From Pseudobdellovibrionaceae bacterium (lineage in GTDB: Bacteria > Bdellovibrionota > Bdellovibrionia > Bdellovibrionales > Bdellovibrionaceae), in contig JBIKLL010000002.1 of NCBI GenBank assembly GCA_044359815.1, forward strand, positions 1 through 64,000: a DNA stretch of 64,000 nt. The letters are read 5' to 3'. A program made the translations under genes and the position numbers. Shown in pieces: positions 1 to 10,541 of this stretch. Numbering within the stretch: the stretch's first letter is position 1; each line of letters starts with the position of its first letter. Under the pieces are notes generated by a model. The model was not told where the DNA came from, ran no database searches, and was given only the letters and a program-made list of their open reading frames with translations.

Positions 1-16
1 GAGAAGCAGGAGCTGT
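1..16 (+). repeat. 3' end of the conserved core of a fold-back element, truncated by the window start
   Basis: GAGAAGCAGGAGCTGT is identical to 3031-3046 and is followed by AT-rich sequence, as in the other copies. Confidence 0.75.
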
Positions 17-152
17 GACCTATTTTAACAAAATCATACATTCAATTTTCCAAAAAATTTGTTTTGCTGAATCCGTGAAGATTGGTTTTTAATACAGAAT
101 TCAAGACCCATCTTTGGTCGGTGATCCACACACTGAATTTCTTGTGTTTGGT

Positions 153-404
153 CTAGAGGCGGCCGGTGGAAAGCTGATCGATGACCGATTGATGCTGATC
201 ACGCAACGCCAGTTGCAGGTCCTTGGTACCCAATGATGGGCGATTGGCCAAGATATCGTGGTAGGATTTTTTGACTGTTTTGACGACAGCGCCTTCTAAA
301 AAAACTCGGGTAATCACAATCTGATTGTCAGTGCCCCAGTCCTCGGTTTGGACATGGTATTTGAAACCCTTGATATTGACGTCTGAATTAAATCCCCTCT
401 GCAT
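153..404 (-). CDS. small conserved hypothetical protein
   Basis: 83-aa ORF with ATG start; GFNSDV..G..YHVQTEDWG motif that I recall from deltaproteobacterial hypotheticals. Confidence 0.75.
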   Translation of the reverse strand: MQRGFNSDVNIKGFKYHVQTEDWGTDNQIVITRVFLEGAVVKTVKKSYHDILANRPSLGTKDLQLALRDQHQSVIDQLSTGRL

Positions 405-726
405 ACAGAAACTACGGTAGCAAAAACAAAAATCCGTGGCAAAAAATTTTTGAATTGTGATTTAAAAATAGTCTTTGCTGATTGAACAACCAGTGTCTTG
501 GGGAATCTGACAGTCCTGGTCCTTTGCAGAAACTGATTTTTTGCAGGGAAAATATGCCGACAAACAATAATCACATTTGCGATCACAGTATCGAAATATC
601 AGAATGATATGTTTCATACTAAATCGCATTTTCAGTTTGGTATGACGAACCCGACCTTGGTGTTACAAATAATCTAACACCTGTCAAAAGGCTGACCAGC
701 AAAATCCATCACGTTGGGGTCTAACC

Positions 727-742
727 TGGCAAAATCATTGCA
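727..742 (+). promoter_or_regulatory. sigma54 -24/-12 promoter
   Basis: TGGCAAAATCATTGCA, GG-N10-GC spacing, 35 nt upstream of ATG 778. Confidence 0.7.
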
Positions 743-777
743 TATTCTAATGGTATACGGGGCGGGGGAATATCAAA

Positions 778-1347
778 ATGAGACAGCTTTTAGCAGTGGT
801 TATAGTGTTGTTTTCGGTATCAGCAATAGCTGCTGAAGGCGAAACAGTTAAAAAATCACGTTCAAAACTGGATACTAAAAAAGAAGACAAGCTTTTAAAA
901 CGTCTTGATAAATTTCAAAATAAATTTTGCACTCAGGCTGATGAGTCCAACGCTGCAAACTGCGCACAATTGCGTGGTGAAATTGCTCATACAAAAGACA
1001 TTGTTCAACATTTTAAAGAAGGCGCTGCTGAACGCGCAGACATCGCCGCAAAAGTAAAATCCATGCGAAAATTAGCCAAGGAAATCAGAAAAAACCATAA
1101 ACTGGCAAAAAACAATCGCATCGGTGCAAAACAAAAACGTGTGGCCCGCAATCAGGAAATTAAGAAGATGCAAAGCGATGTTTCCAGCGAAAATTTTATT
1201 AAGGCCCATGGTACTAGGACTGAAGTCGTAAAACGCGATCCAAGCAGTGTTGATGATGGAGCTCGTATTCAACTTAAAGTAGACTGGGATGTAAACCGAA
1301 TCCGCCCTGCCTTTCCTGCTCAACAAAGCAGTTCAGGCGTGAATTAG
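778..1347 (+). CDS. secreted basic hypothetical protein
   Basis: signal peptide (MRQLLAVVIVLFSVSAIA), G-rich RBS, helical Lys-rich body. Confidence 0.8.
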   Translation: MRQLLAVVIVLFSVSAIAAEGETVKKSRSKLDTKKEDKLLKRLDKFQNKFCTQADESNAANCAQLRGEIAHTKDIVQHFKEGAAERADIAAKVKSMRKLAKEIRKNHKLAKNNRIGAKQKRVARNQEIKKMQSDVSSENFIKAHGTRTEVVKRDPSSVDDGARIQLKVDWDVNRIRPAFPAQQSSSGVN

Positions 1348-1358
1348 GAGAATATATT

Positions 1359-2783
1359 ATGAAAAATATTTTTGCTTTGTTTTTAATTGTGGGAGTTTCG
1401 ATACATGGCTTGTTAGCGAGGGCGGCGGATGGCAACCAATTCCCCACCAGCGGTATGACTCAAGCACAAATTGATTTAATAATGAACAGATGTGATATCA
1501 CAAAACAAACAACGCCTCCTTATACAAAAGTTCAAAAGGATTGTTTAGACAAGTTTTTACCCATCGGCAATCCAACAGGTACTTGCACTGAGTTTGCTAG
1601 AGAATATAAAAAATATGCTGAAGCCTGTGCGGGTAACAAAGTTTCATTGGCAGAATGTGCTGATAAGCTGAATGAATGCCAGGACGAACTTTCTGGCACT
1701 GGTGGTGATTCTGCTGGATCCATTGGAATCCAAATGATGAGCATGTTTGGTATTAACGCCGATTCAGTCGGTCAGTTCAGTTCAAGCTCATGTTCAACCA
1801 TCACTTCCAAGGACTATCATGCTGAACTTCGCAATATGGAATCTGATACCAGAAATATGGAAGAACAGCTGGAAAGAGCCAACGAAGAATTAGCCAGAAA
1901 TCAAAAAGACACCTTGGACGAGCGCAAAAAAATTGCCCGTGAAGCCGTAGAATTGGACGAACAAAAAGCAAAAGATAAAGTCGAGCGCCAAAAGCAAGAA
2001 ATGGAAGACGGCGTAGCTGCCCAAGAATCCTTTGCACGGATGGTTGAAAATATCGATAAATTGCAGGCTGACACCATCGAAGCCACCAGACAGCGCGATC
2101 AATTGATGATGCAAAAAACCAAGGTTCTGTCTGCGCTGAATAATAACTACGTCAAAGTCGTCTGCACTGTTGAAGCTAAAAAGAAATTTTCAGAACAGGG
2201 ACAACAACGTGCTGGTACAATTTCGTCACTGTCTGGCAAAGCCGGCAATGTGAAATTGGCTGTAAAAACAATCTTTCAGGCCTGTGTGGATAAAATGATC
2301 CTTGAGCGCGAGGGCGAACGCAAATCATTGGAATCACAAATTCAAGCAGCTGATGCCCGCATTACAGGTTTGAACCGTCAATTACAGCTTTCAAAAGAGT
2401 CCTTAAAGTTAATGGAAGCTAATGTGGCCAAGGCCCAACAGATGAGAGCCGAAGAAACCGCCAACGCTGAACAATCTTATCTGGCAAAAAAGAAAAATTT
2501 TCTGCAGGACTTGATTGATCTACAGGCTAACTTTCAGACAGCTCAAAGAAATCATTCACAAAAGGTTTCCAGGTTGAACAAGGGCATCATGGCTGCCAAA
2601 ACTAATTTTTACAGCTCGTTTTCAAAACCAGTTTCTGGCGCGACAAAAACCATCGCAGATATTCAAGCAGAAGCTGAAAACATCAGAGCTTTTGCCAGCT
2701 CAACCAATAATTGTGGATTTGATCCTAAGACAATGCAGTTAAGAGACACATCTTCTGATAAACCGGCACCTGGAGTCAATTAA
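1359..2783 (+). CDS. secreted Cys-containing long coiled-coil hypothetical protein
   Basis: AGGAG RBS, signal peptide, Cys-rich N-terminal region, extended helical heptads. Confidence 0.85.
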   Translation: MKNIFALFLIVGVSIHGLLARAADGNQFPTSGMTQAQIDLIMNRCDITKQTTPPYTKVQKDCLDKFLPIGNPTGTCTEFAREYKKYAEACAGNKVSLAECADKLNECQDELSGTGGDSAGSIGIQMMSMFGINADSVGQFSSSSCSTITSKDYHAELRNMESDTRNMEEQLERANEELARNQKDTLDERKKIAREAVELDEQKAKDKVERQKQEMEDGVAAQESFARMVENIDKLQADTIEATRQRDQLMMQKTKVLSALNNNYVKVVCTVEAKKKFSEQGQQRAGTISSLSGKAGNVKLAVKTIFQACVDKMILEREGERKSLESQIQAADARITGLNRQLQLSKESLKLMEANVAKAQQMRAEETANAEQSYLAKKKNFLQDLIDLQANFQTAQRNHSQKVSRLNKGIMAAKTNFYSSFSKPVSGATKTIADIQAEAENIRAFASSTNNCGFDPKTMQLRDTSSDKPAPGVN

Positions 2784-2890
2784 AGGGACTAACCAATAAA
2801 AACCCTTGGCGGCGGATCAAACTAAAATCCGCCCCACAGCAATAAAAAATTAAGCCCTAATAATCCTTCAGTCCTGAGCTCAGTCTCAGG

Positions 2891-3146
2891 ACCTACTGTC
2901 TGGATGCAATCAATCAATTTTTCCTGGCCCCAAAAAATACTTCTTATACAACTATTGAAAAACAATTATTTGCACTTTCCCTTTTAAGGGATCTCCGCGG
3001 AGTCTGGATGACGGGGGCTTGGCCCGAGCGGAGAAGCAGGAGCTGTATCCCTTAAAAGGGAAAGTGCAAATAATTGTTTTTCAATAGTTGATTATAGGTT
3101 TTATTCTGGGCCAAAAAAATTGATTGATTGCATCTAGTCTGTAGGT
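2891..3146. repeat. long fold-back element with conserved GC-rich core
   Basis: perfect 44-bp IR 2949-2992/3047-3090 and perfect 20-bp IR 2903-2922/3115-3134 around core 2993-3046. Confidence 0.95.
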
Positions 3147-3230
3147 ACTAAAACATAATTATCTGCCACAAGGGCTAAATCCCCGACAAACACGTAGCCG
3201 CTACAGCAATTTACCGGCACAATCTAAGCT

Positions 3231-5972
3231 ATGTCACAACTTAAAAAAAAGCTTTTAATCGCCGGTCTGATTGGTTTTGTCGTTTGTGGATTTACAGCGT
3301 GGGGTGGATATATTTATCTGAAATACACCCTGCCCAAATTATTTTCTGTCGAGGACTACGATCCCTTGTTGGTCACAAAGGTTTACGACAGAACAGGTAA
3401 AGTTTTGGGACAGTTTTTTAAAGAACGCAGAACACTGATGCCTTACAGTGAATTTCCTAAAGACCTTGTCTATGCTTTTTTAGCAGCCGAAGACGATCAG
3501 TTTTTTCAGCATAAGGGGATTAATTATATTGCCATTTTTCGTGCAACTATAGCTAACATACTGGCAGGTCACACTGTGCAGGGTGGATCCACTATAACCC
3601 AACAGGTTGCTAAAACATTTTTTCTGTCGTCTGAAAAAAAGCTTATCCGTAAAATCCGCGAAGCCCTGCTGGCCACCGAAATGGAAAAGCATTTATCCAA
3701 AGAAGACATTTTGTATTTGTACCTGAACCAAATTTATTTTGGTCAAGGCGCTTACGGGATTGCTACAGCTTCTGAAACCTATTTCAGAAAACCTGTAAAG
3801 GACCTAAACCTGGGTGAAATGGCAATTTTAGCAGGATTGCCAAAAGCCCCCAGCGAATATTCGCCTATCAAAAACCCCTCGCGCGCCAAGGAACGACAGG
3901 TCTATGTGTTGAACCGAATGGCCGACGTGGGATTTATCACCAAGGACCAAGCCACAAAAGCCGCCGAACAACCTGTGAATGTTTATTTTCGCGAGAAGTT
4001 CGAAGACCAAGCCCCCTTTGCTCTGGAAACTATCAGACAAATTTTAGTTCAGAAAATCGGCGAAGATTTGATCCTGGAAAAGGGCGTCAAGGTCTACACC
4101 AGCATTGATTTAAAAGCTCAGTTATCGGCACAGGATTCGTTAAGCAAAGGTTTAAAAGAAGTCGACAAACGACAGGGGTTCCGTGGACCCAAGGATAATT
4201 TTACTGACCCCCAAAAGGTCGGTGATTTTTTGCTGAAAACCCGCAACGAGCTGATTGCCAACAAAATCCCCGAGCGCACGATCATGCCCGATGGTAAATT
4301 CAAAGACTACGGTCCACTGGATTTAAATTATGATTTAAAAACTGCAGGGCTTCCGTTTTATCTGACCCTTGAACAAGAAGCCGAAGCCATAGTTTCAAAA
4401 GTCGATGATCAATTAGGATTGGTATTTGTCAGAGTCGCAGAAATCGAAGGTCTGATCGATCTGGAAACCATGGATTGGGCACGCAAACCCAACACCAACA
4501 AAAGATATGATTTAGACACCATCAAAAAACCCAGCGAGGCTTTGAAAGTTGGGGACATTATTTCAGTTAAAATCGTCAGCGGAAAATTTGCACCCACATC
4601 CAGAATCCAAAAAATAATGTTTGCCAAAACTCCCAAGGGAAAACCGGCACAGATTGTTGGACCCGAAATTAATTGGGAAAAATACGCCGAAGTCGAACTT
4701 GAACAAGAGCCTTTGCTGGAATCAGGATTAATTTCATTTGATCAGCAATCACAACAGGTCATCGCCATGGTTGGTGGTTATGATTTTAATCGAAATAAAT
4801 TTAATCATGCCATACAAGCAGCCAGACAAACCGGATCATCCTTTAAATCCATTGTTTATTCTGCAGCTTTGGACAAAGGCTACCACGCCAGCACTCCGAT
4901 TATGGATGCCCCTATTGTTTACGAAGAAGAAGCCAAAGAAGACAACGAAGGCCAAGAAACAAACACAAAAGTCAGCAAAGACAACAAAGACCAAAAGGAC
5001 ACAAAGGTCTGGAAGCCCGACAATCACGGTAAAAGTTTTGGTGGCGATATTATTTTCAGAAACGCTATCGTAAAATCCCTTAATATCCCAACGGTAAAAA
5101 TAATCGAGGACATCAAGGTTCCCTATGTGGCCGACTATGCAAAACGCTTGGGGATTTTTAGTACTTTAAATTTAGATTTCACATTGGCGCTGGGATCCAG
5201 CAGCTTAACCCTGTATGAAATGACAAAAGCATTTTCGGTTTTTGGACGTCAGGGTAAGCGGATCAGACCATTGATCATTCAGAAAGTCCTTGGCCGTACA
5301 GGCACAAAATTGTCAGACGAAATTGGACTGGATGTCAGATTTGAAAAAGAAATTTCAACCATTGATACGGATTTTGAAACCCGCAGATTGGCTTATCTGG
5401 AGGATTTGAAAAAAAATGTCAAAACCCCCGAAGAACAAGAAAAGCTTAAGAAAACTTCTATCGATCCCAATATATTTTTTGAAAACCCTGATCAGCTGAT
5501 CAAGCCCACCACAGCCTATTTGACGACGTCGATGTTAAAAGCCGTCGTTGAAGACCGCAATGGTACAGGCCAAAGAGCTAAAGCCTTGGGACGAGAAGTC
5601 GCAGGCAAGACAGGCACCACAAATGGCTATATTGACGCATGGTTTATAGGCTATACACAACAGGTTGCGACGGGTGTTTGGGTTGGCTTTGACCAAGAGA
5701 AATCCATCGGCAAGGGCGAAGTTGGCGGCCGAGCGGCACTTCCGATCTGGCTTGAGTATATGAAAACGGTGCACGAAGATTTGCCTCAGGTTAATTTTTC
5801 TGTGCCGCCTGGGATTGTGTTTGCAAATATTGATGCCGAAACTGGCGAGCTGGCCAGCGGTGGATCAAAAAACATTGTTCGACAAGCCTACTTGGAAGGA
5901 ACTGAACCCTCAACAAAGCGTGATAAAAAAGAAGAGGACACAGACTTTTACAAGCAGGATTTAACTGAATGA
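3231..5972 (+). CDS. mrcA: penicillin-binding protein 1A (transglycosylase/transpeptidase)
   Basis: EDDQFFQHKG, GGSTITQQ, SSFK (SxxK), SLN and KTGT motifs; N-terminal TM helix. Confidence 0.95.
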   Translation: MSQLKKKLLIAGLIGFVVCGFTAWGGYIYLKYTLPKLFSVEDYDPLLVTKVYDRTGKVLGQFFKERRTLMPYSEFPKDLVYAFLAAEDDQFFQHKGINYIAIFRATIANILAGHTVQGGSTITQQVAKTFFLSSEKKLIRKIREALLATEMEKHLSKEDILYLYLNQIYFGQGAYGIATASETYFRKPVKDLNLGEMAILAGLPKAPSEYSPIKNPSRAKERQVYVLNRMADVGFITKDQATKAAEQPVNVYFREKFEDQAPFALETIRQILVQKIGEDLILEKGVKVYTSIDLKAQLSAQDSLSKGLKEVDKRQGFRGPKDNFTDPQKVGDFLLKTRNELIANKIPERTIMPDGKFKDYGPLDLNYDLKTAGLPFYLTLEQEAEAIVSKVDDQLGLVFVRVAEIEGLIDLETMDWARKPNTNKRYDLDTIKKPSEALKVGDIISVKIVSGKFAPTSRIQKIMFAKTPKGKPAQIVGPEINWEKYAEVELEQEPLLESGLISFDQQSQQVIAMVGGYDFNRNKFNHAIQAARQTGSSFKSIVYSAALDKGYHASTPIMDAPIVYEEEAKEDNEGQETNTKVSKDNKDQKDTKVWKPDNHGKSFGGDIIFRNAIVKSLNIPTVKIIEDIKVPYVADYAKRLGIFSTLNLDFTLALGSSSLTLYEMTKAFSVFGRQGKRIRPLIIQKVLGRTGTKLSDEIGLDVRFEKEISTIDTDFETRRLAYLEDLKKNVKTPEEQEKLKKTSIDPNIFFENPDQLIKPTTAYLTTSMLKAVVEDRNGTGQRAKALGREVAGKTGTTNGYIDAWFIGYTQQVATGVWVGFDQEKSIGKGEVGGRAALPIWLEYMKTVHEDLPQVNFSVPPGIVFANIDAETGELASGGSKNIVRQAYLEGTEPSTKRDKKEEDTDFYKQDLTE

Positions 5973-8815
5973 GGGAAATACACCTTTGGGGTGTAAAGCA
6001 AAATAATCTTAAAAATATCGAAGTCAAAGTGCCCATCGGCAGTATGACCGTCGTTTGTGGACCCAGTGGGTCTGGCAAATCTTCTTTGGCTTTTGAAACT
6101 TTGTTTGCCGAGGGTCAACGTCGATTTATCGAAAGCATGTCCAATTACGCCAGACAGTTTTTAAACAAGGCTCCCAAGCCTGACATCGAAGGCATCAACA
6201 ACATCCCGCCAGCGATTTCGATCGAGCAAAAGAATTCTGTTAAAAGCTCTCGCTCGACCGTCGGTACATCCACAGAAATCATAGATTACCTGCGCTTGCT
6301 GTACGAAAAAATCGGTAAACCCTATTGCCCCACACACAAAATTCCTACCGAGCGACAAAGTGTCACCGAAGCCACTGATAAAATTTTAGCAAATTTTAAT
6401 GATCAGCGTGGTTACATATTGATCGAAATTGGTTCGCAAAACCGATTGGCCGAGGGCAAAAAATTATTGTCTCTGATTTTACAAGACGGATTTGCCAGAA
6501 TCATTCAAGTCAAAAAATCTTCTAAGGCTAAATCCAAAGATATCACTTACACCCTGGGTGATCTGATTGATCTGAAAGATCCCAAAGTTTTAAAAAAGGG
6601 TTTACCCAAAGAAGACTTTTGTTTGGTCATTGATCGCTTGGCGTTTAATGATTCCGAAAAAGGCCGCATAGCTGATTCAATCACTCAGGCTTACGAATAC
6701 AGTCTTAAATATTTATCCAATGTCACTGTCAGAAATTGTTTGGTGATTACGACAGAAGGCAAGGCCTTGAAATTAACCGAGGAAAGCTGTTGTCCAATCT
6801 GTGGGTACAATCCTCCGACTGTTTCATCCAGATTGTTTAGTTTCAACAGTCCGGTTGGCGCCTGCCCAACCTGCAAAGGATTTGGTAATATCCTAAAGCT
6901 TGATGAAGCCAAGGTTGTCCCCAATCCAAAATTATCCATCAAAGACAACGCATTGAACCCTTTTGGCATGCCCAGTGCCCAGAGCGACAAAAAAGATCTG
7001 ATGAGTTTCTGCAAAAAATATCGCATCAAAACTAATGTTGCTTGGGAAGATCTAAAACCAGAGCAAAAAAAATTAATCTGGGATGGCAACAAAGATTTTT
7101 ATGGCGTGGTGGGATTGTTTAAATATCTGGAAGACATTAAATACAAAATGCATGTTAGGGTTTTTATTTCCAGATACAGAAGCCCATCGGTCTGTCCTGA
7201 TTGCGAAGGCTCCAGACTGTGCAAAGATGCTCACAATGTTTTTATCCAAAAATACAACATCGTTGATTTTGGCAAAATGAACATCGCAAAACTGCAAAAA
7301 GTTTTTCAAGAAATCAAACTGACCCCTTCTGAAACCGAAGTCGCCATCGAGGTCTACAAACAAATCGGCTCAAGACTGGATTATCTGATGCGTGTTGGAG
7401 TTCACTACCTGACCTTGGATCGCGAAACCAGGACATTAAGCGGTGGCGAATACCAGCGAATCATGCTGGCTAATCAATTGGGTATGGGTTTATCGCAATC
7501 GCTGTATGTGTTGGATGAGCCCACTGTGGGATTGCACCCCAGGGATAATGACAGATTGATTTCGATTCTGAAGGATTTAAAAAATTTGGGAAATACACTG
7601 GTGGTTGTTGAACACGATCATGATGTTATTAAAAATAGCGATTATGTGATTGAAATGGGTCCAGGCAGTGGATATCTGGGTGGAAAAGTCGTTTACAGCG
7701 GTGCTACCAAGGATTTTTATGACTGCAAAGAATCCAATACCAGCTATTATTTAAAACCCAAAAAAAACTGGGTGCCCATGAAGGCAGTCAGACCAGTTGA
7801 TATTGAATCTTATAAATACAAAATCGAACTGCAGGGAGCCTCAGGAAATAATCTTAAGGAAGTGGATTTACAAATTCCGTTAAACCGACTGGTTTCAATC
7901 ACAGGTGTTAGCGGCAGTGGCAAATCCACACTGATCACCCACACATTGTATCCTGCATTGGCTCGCGAACTATCCATTGATTTTATGACAGCCAAACCAT
8001 TTCAGAAAATTTACGGCAGTGATCAAATCAAATCCGTATTGCTGATTGACCAGTCATCCATTGGTAAAACAGTTCGTAGTACACCAATCACATATCTGAA
8101 AGCCTTTGATTCAATCCGCGAACTGTATGCCTCGATACCCGAAGCCAAAGCCCGCGGATACACTCCTGGAACCTTTAGTTTGAATGTGGATGGCGGCAGA
8201 TGCCCGTCCTGTCGTGGCACTGGGGTTGAGGAAATCGACATGATGTTTATGGATAACATGATCATCCCCTGTGATGTGTGTGACGGCAAAAAATACCGAA
8301 ACGAAATTTTGGAAATTCAATACAAGGGTAAAAACATAAACGAAGTTTTAAGCATGACGGTTTTTGAAGCCATGAATTTTTTTGTGGCCTATCCTAATAT
8401 CAGAAAGCCATTGAGTGTGTTAAAAGAAGTCGGTTTAGATTATCTGAAACTGGGACAATCAGCCGCAACCCTAAGCGGTGGTGAATCCCAAAGACTTAAA
8501 ATCGCCAAAGAAATTTCTCAGGTTCAGCAAAAATCAACGCTTTATATTTTGGACGAACCAACCACAGGACTGCATTTTAAAGAAATAGAATTATTAATGA
8601 AGGTTTTAAATAAACTGATTGAGGCCGGCGGATCCGTGATCGTGGTTGAACACAATTTGGATGTGATACTGGGTTCTGATTACATCATAGATTTAGGACC
8701 AGATGCTGGTGATAAAGGCGGTCAAATTGTTGCCACAGGAACTCCAGAACAGATAATGGAAAATAAAAAAAGCCTAACAGGACAGTATTTAAAAAAATAT
8801 GCTCTCAATCATTAG
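5969..8815 (+). CDS. uvrA: excinuclease ABC subunit A
   Basis: two Walker A motifs (GPSGSGKSS, GVSGSGKST), LSGGE signatures, zinc fingers CPTCKG and CPSCRG. Confidence 0.95.
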   Translation: MREIHLWGVKQNNLKNIEVKVPIGSMTVVCGPSGSGKSSLAFETLFAEGQRRFIESMSNYARQFLNKAPKPDIEGINNIPPAISIEQKNSVKSSRSTVGTSTEIIDYLRLLYEKIGKPYCPTHKIPTERQSVTEATDKILANFNDQRGYILIEIGSQNRLAEGKKLLSLILQDGFARIIQVKKSSKAKSKDITYTLGDLIDLKDPKVLKKGLPKEDFCLVIDRLAFNDSEKGRIADSITQAYEYSLKYLSNVTVRNCLVITTEGKALKLTEESCCPICGYNPPTVSSRLFSFNSPVGACPTCKGFGNILKLDEAKVVPNPKLSIKDNALNPFGMPSAQSDKKDLMSFCKKYRIKTNVAWEDLKPEQKKLIWDGNKDFYGVVGLFKYLEDIKYKMHVRVFISRYRSPSVCPDCEGSRLCKDAHNVFIQKYNIVDFGKMNIAKLQKVFQEIKLTPSETEVAIEVYKQIGSRLDYLMRVGVHYLTLDRETRTLSGGEYQRIMLANQLGMGLSQSLYVLDEPTVGLHPRDNDRLISILKDLKNLGNTLVVVEHDHDVIKNSDYVIEMGPGSGYLGGKVVYSGATKDFYDCKESNTSYYLKPKKNWVPMKAVRPVDIESYKYKIELQGASGNNLKEVDLQIPLNRLVSITGVSGSGKSTLITHTLYPALARELSIDFMTAKPFQKIYGSDQIKSVLLIDQSSIGKTVRSTPITYLKAFDSIRELYASIPEAKARGYTPGTFSLNVDGGRCPSCRGTGVEEIDMMFMDNMIIPCDVCDGKKYRNEILEIQYKGKNINEVLSMTVFEAMNFFVAYPNIRKPLSVLKEVGLDYLKLGQSAATLSGGESQRLKIAKEISQVQQKSTLYILDEPTTGLHFKEIELLMKVLNKLIEAGGSVIVVEHNLDVILGSDYIIDLGPDAGDKGGQIVATGTPEQIMENKKSLTGQYLKKYALNH

Positions 8816-10541
8816 AAAAATCATACCCATTGAAATCAGACGGATCCTACGGGAACTGACGGCATTTAAAAAGGCCCTGTGGATTGTTGCTATCAGCGGT
8901 ATTTTGAATTCTCTGTTTATGAGCGCCAATGTGGGATTGATCAGATCCCTGATGAACGAAGCCTCCAGTGATTTTCGCAGGGTCTTGGACATTGCGGGAC
9001 TAATGCTGGGTTTTGCTTTGTTTGCTGGGATTTCCAGATATTTTCATATTTTTACTATGAACTACACTGGTGAAAAGGTCGTTCAAGGTTTACGACAACA
9101 ATTGCAAAATAAATTTATGAATCTGAATCTGACCTTTTATAATAAATTTGAATCTGGTTCCGGCGGAATGATTTCCAGAATTTTAAACGACATGGTCGTG
9201 GTTCAAAACGGCCTTAGGATGTTTGCAGATTTTTTCAGGGAACCCTTAACTCTGTTTTTTATGATTGGATGGTTATTTTATATTAATGCCAGACTGACGT
9301 TTGCGGCATTGATCGTGTTGCCAATAATTTTAATATTTTTAAAACAGATTTCTAAAACTATAAAAGATTTTTCTGAGCGGGGCCAACAGCAATTGGAAAG
9401 AATCACAGCAACCATCAAAGAAACTCTGGATGGAGTCAGGATTATCCAGTCATTCAATCTGGAATCAGAAATGTCTGAAAAATTTAAATCTGAAGGCAGA
9501 AATTATTTGGAATCACGCAGAAAGGTTCATTCACGCATCGAGGTAGCCAGTCCTGTGAATGAATTTATCGTCACATTTGTTGTTTTGTGCATAGTGGTTT
9601 ATTTAAGCTACGAACAATCCATTGGTAGGGCCTCCATAGGTGATTTTGTTGGTTACATTGCCGCTCTGTTAGGATTAAGTCCTCCGATTAAGAAATTGCA
9701 AGAAAGCTATGTACGGATTCAAGAAACAATTGTGTCAGCCAGAAGGATTTTTCAAATCTTGGACGATGAAAACGAAGTACCTGGTGGCACTTCAAACGAA
9801 CCCTTTCCTAAAAACTGGGACAGCATCGTTTATAAAAATGTTTGGTTTAGTTATCAAAACAATCCCGTACTGAAAAATTTCAATCTGACAATTAAACGGG
9901 GCCAGATGATCGCCATCGTTGGAGCCAGCGGCAGCGGTAAATCCACAGTCGTGAATTTGCTGGAAAGATTTTTTGATGCGACTGAGGGTAAAATCTTAGT
10001 CGGCGGTAAAGACATCACTCAGATTAATCTAAAGGAACTGCGTTCAAACATTGGATTGGTTTCACAAGACGTATTTTTGTTTAGTGACTCGATCGAACGC
10101 AATATCTGGGCCGGTGATTTTTCAAAAGCACCGGATAAAATCACATCTGCTGCTCGCGCTGCGAACGCCACAAATTTTATTGAACGCATGCCTGATGGTT
10201 TTAAAAGTCGTGCCGGAGATCGGGGAAGCTTAATGTCGGGCGGTGAAAAACAGCGGGTATCCATTGCCAGGGCTATATTGAAAGACGCTCCGATTTTGAT
10301 ATTGGATGAAGCCACCAGCGCACTCGACACCAATAGCGAGCAAGAAGTCCAAAGGGGCTTGGATACGCTGATTGAGGGCAGAACCACAATCGTGATCGCT
10401 CACAGATTATCGACAGTCGCAAAGGCTGACATGATCATCGTTATGAAAAACGGCGAAATCATCGAGTCGGGTTCACACGAAGAACTAATTCAAAAGCGCG
10501 GCGAATATTCGCAGCTGCACGAAATCCAAACAGGCCACTAG
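8799..10541 (+). CDS. msbA: MsbA-like ABC exporter (fused TMD-NBD)
   Basis: multi-TM N-terminal domain, GASGSGKST, MSGGEKQR, ILDEATSALD. Confidence 0.8.
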   Translation: MLSIIRKIIPIEIRRILRELTAFKKALWIVAISGILNSLFMSANVGLIRSLMNEASSDFRRVLDIAGLMLGFALFAGISRYFHIFTMNYTGEKVVQGLRQQLQNKFMNLNLTFYNKFESGSGGMISRILNDMVVVQNGLRMFADFFREPLTLFFMIGWLFYINARLTFAALIVLPIILIFLKQISKTIKDFSERGQQQLERITATIKETLDGVRIIQSFNLESEMSEKFKSEGRNYLESRRKVHSRIEVASPVNEFIVTFVVLCIVVYLSYEQSIGRASIGDFVGYIAALLGLSPPIKKLQESYVRIQETIVSARRIFQILDDENEVPGGTSNEPFPKNWDSIVYKNVWFSYQNNPVLKNFNLTIKRGQMIAIVGASGSGKSTVVNLLERFFDATEGKILVGGKDITQINLKELRSNIGLVSQDVFLFSDSIERNIWAGDFSKAPDKITSAARAANATNFIERMPDGFKSRAGDRGSLMSGGEKQRVSIARAILKDAPILILDEATSALDTNSEQEVQRGLDTLIEGRTTIVIAHRLSTVAKADMIIVMKNGEIIESGSHEELIQKRGEYSQLHEIQTGH

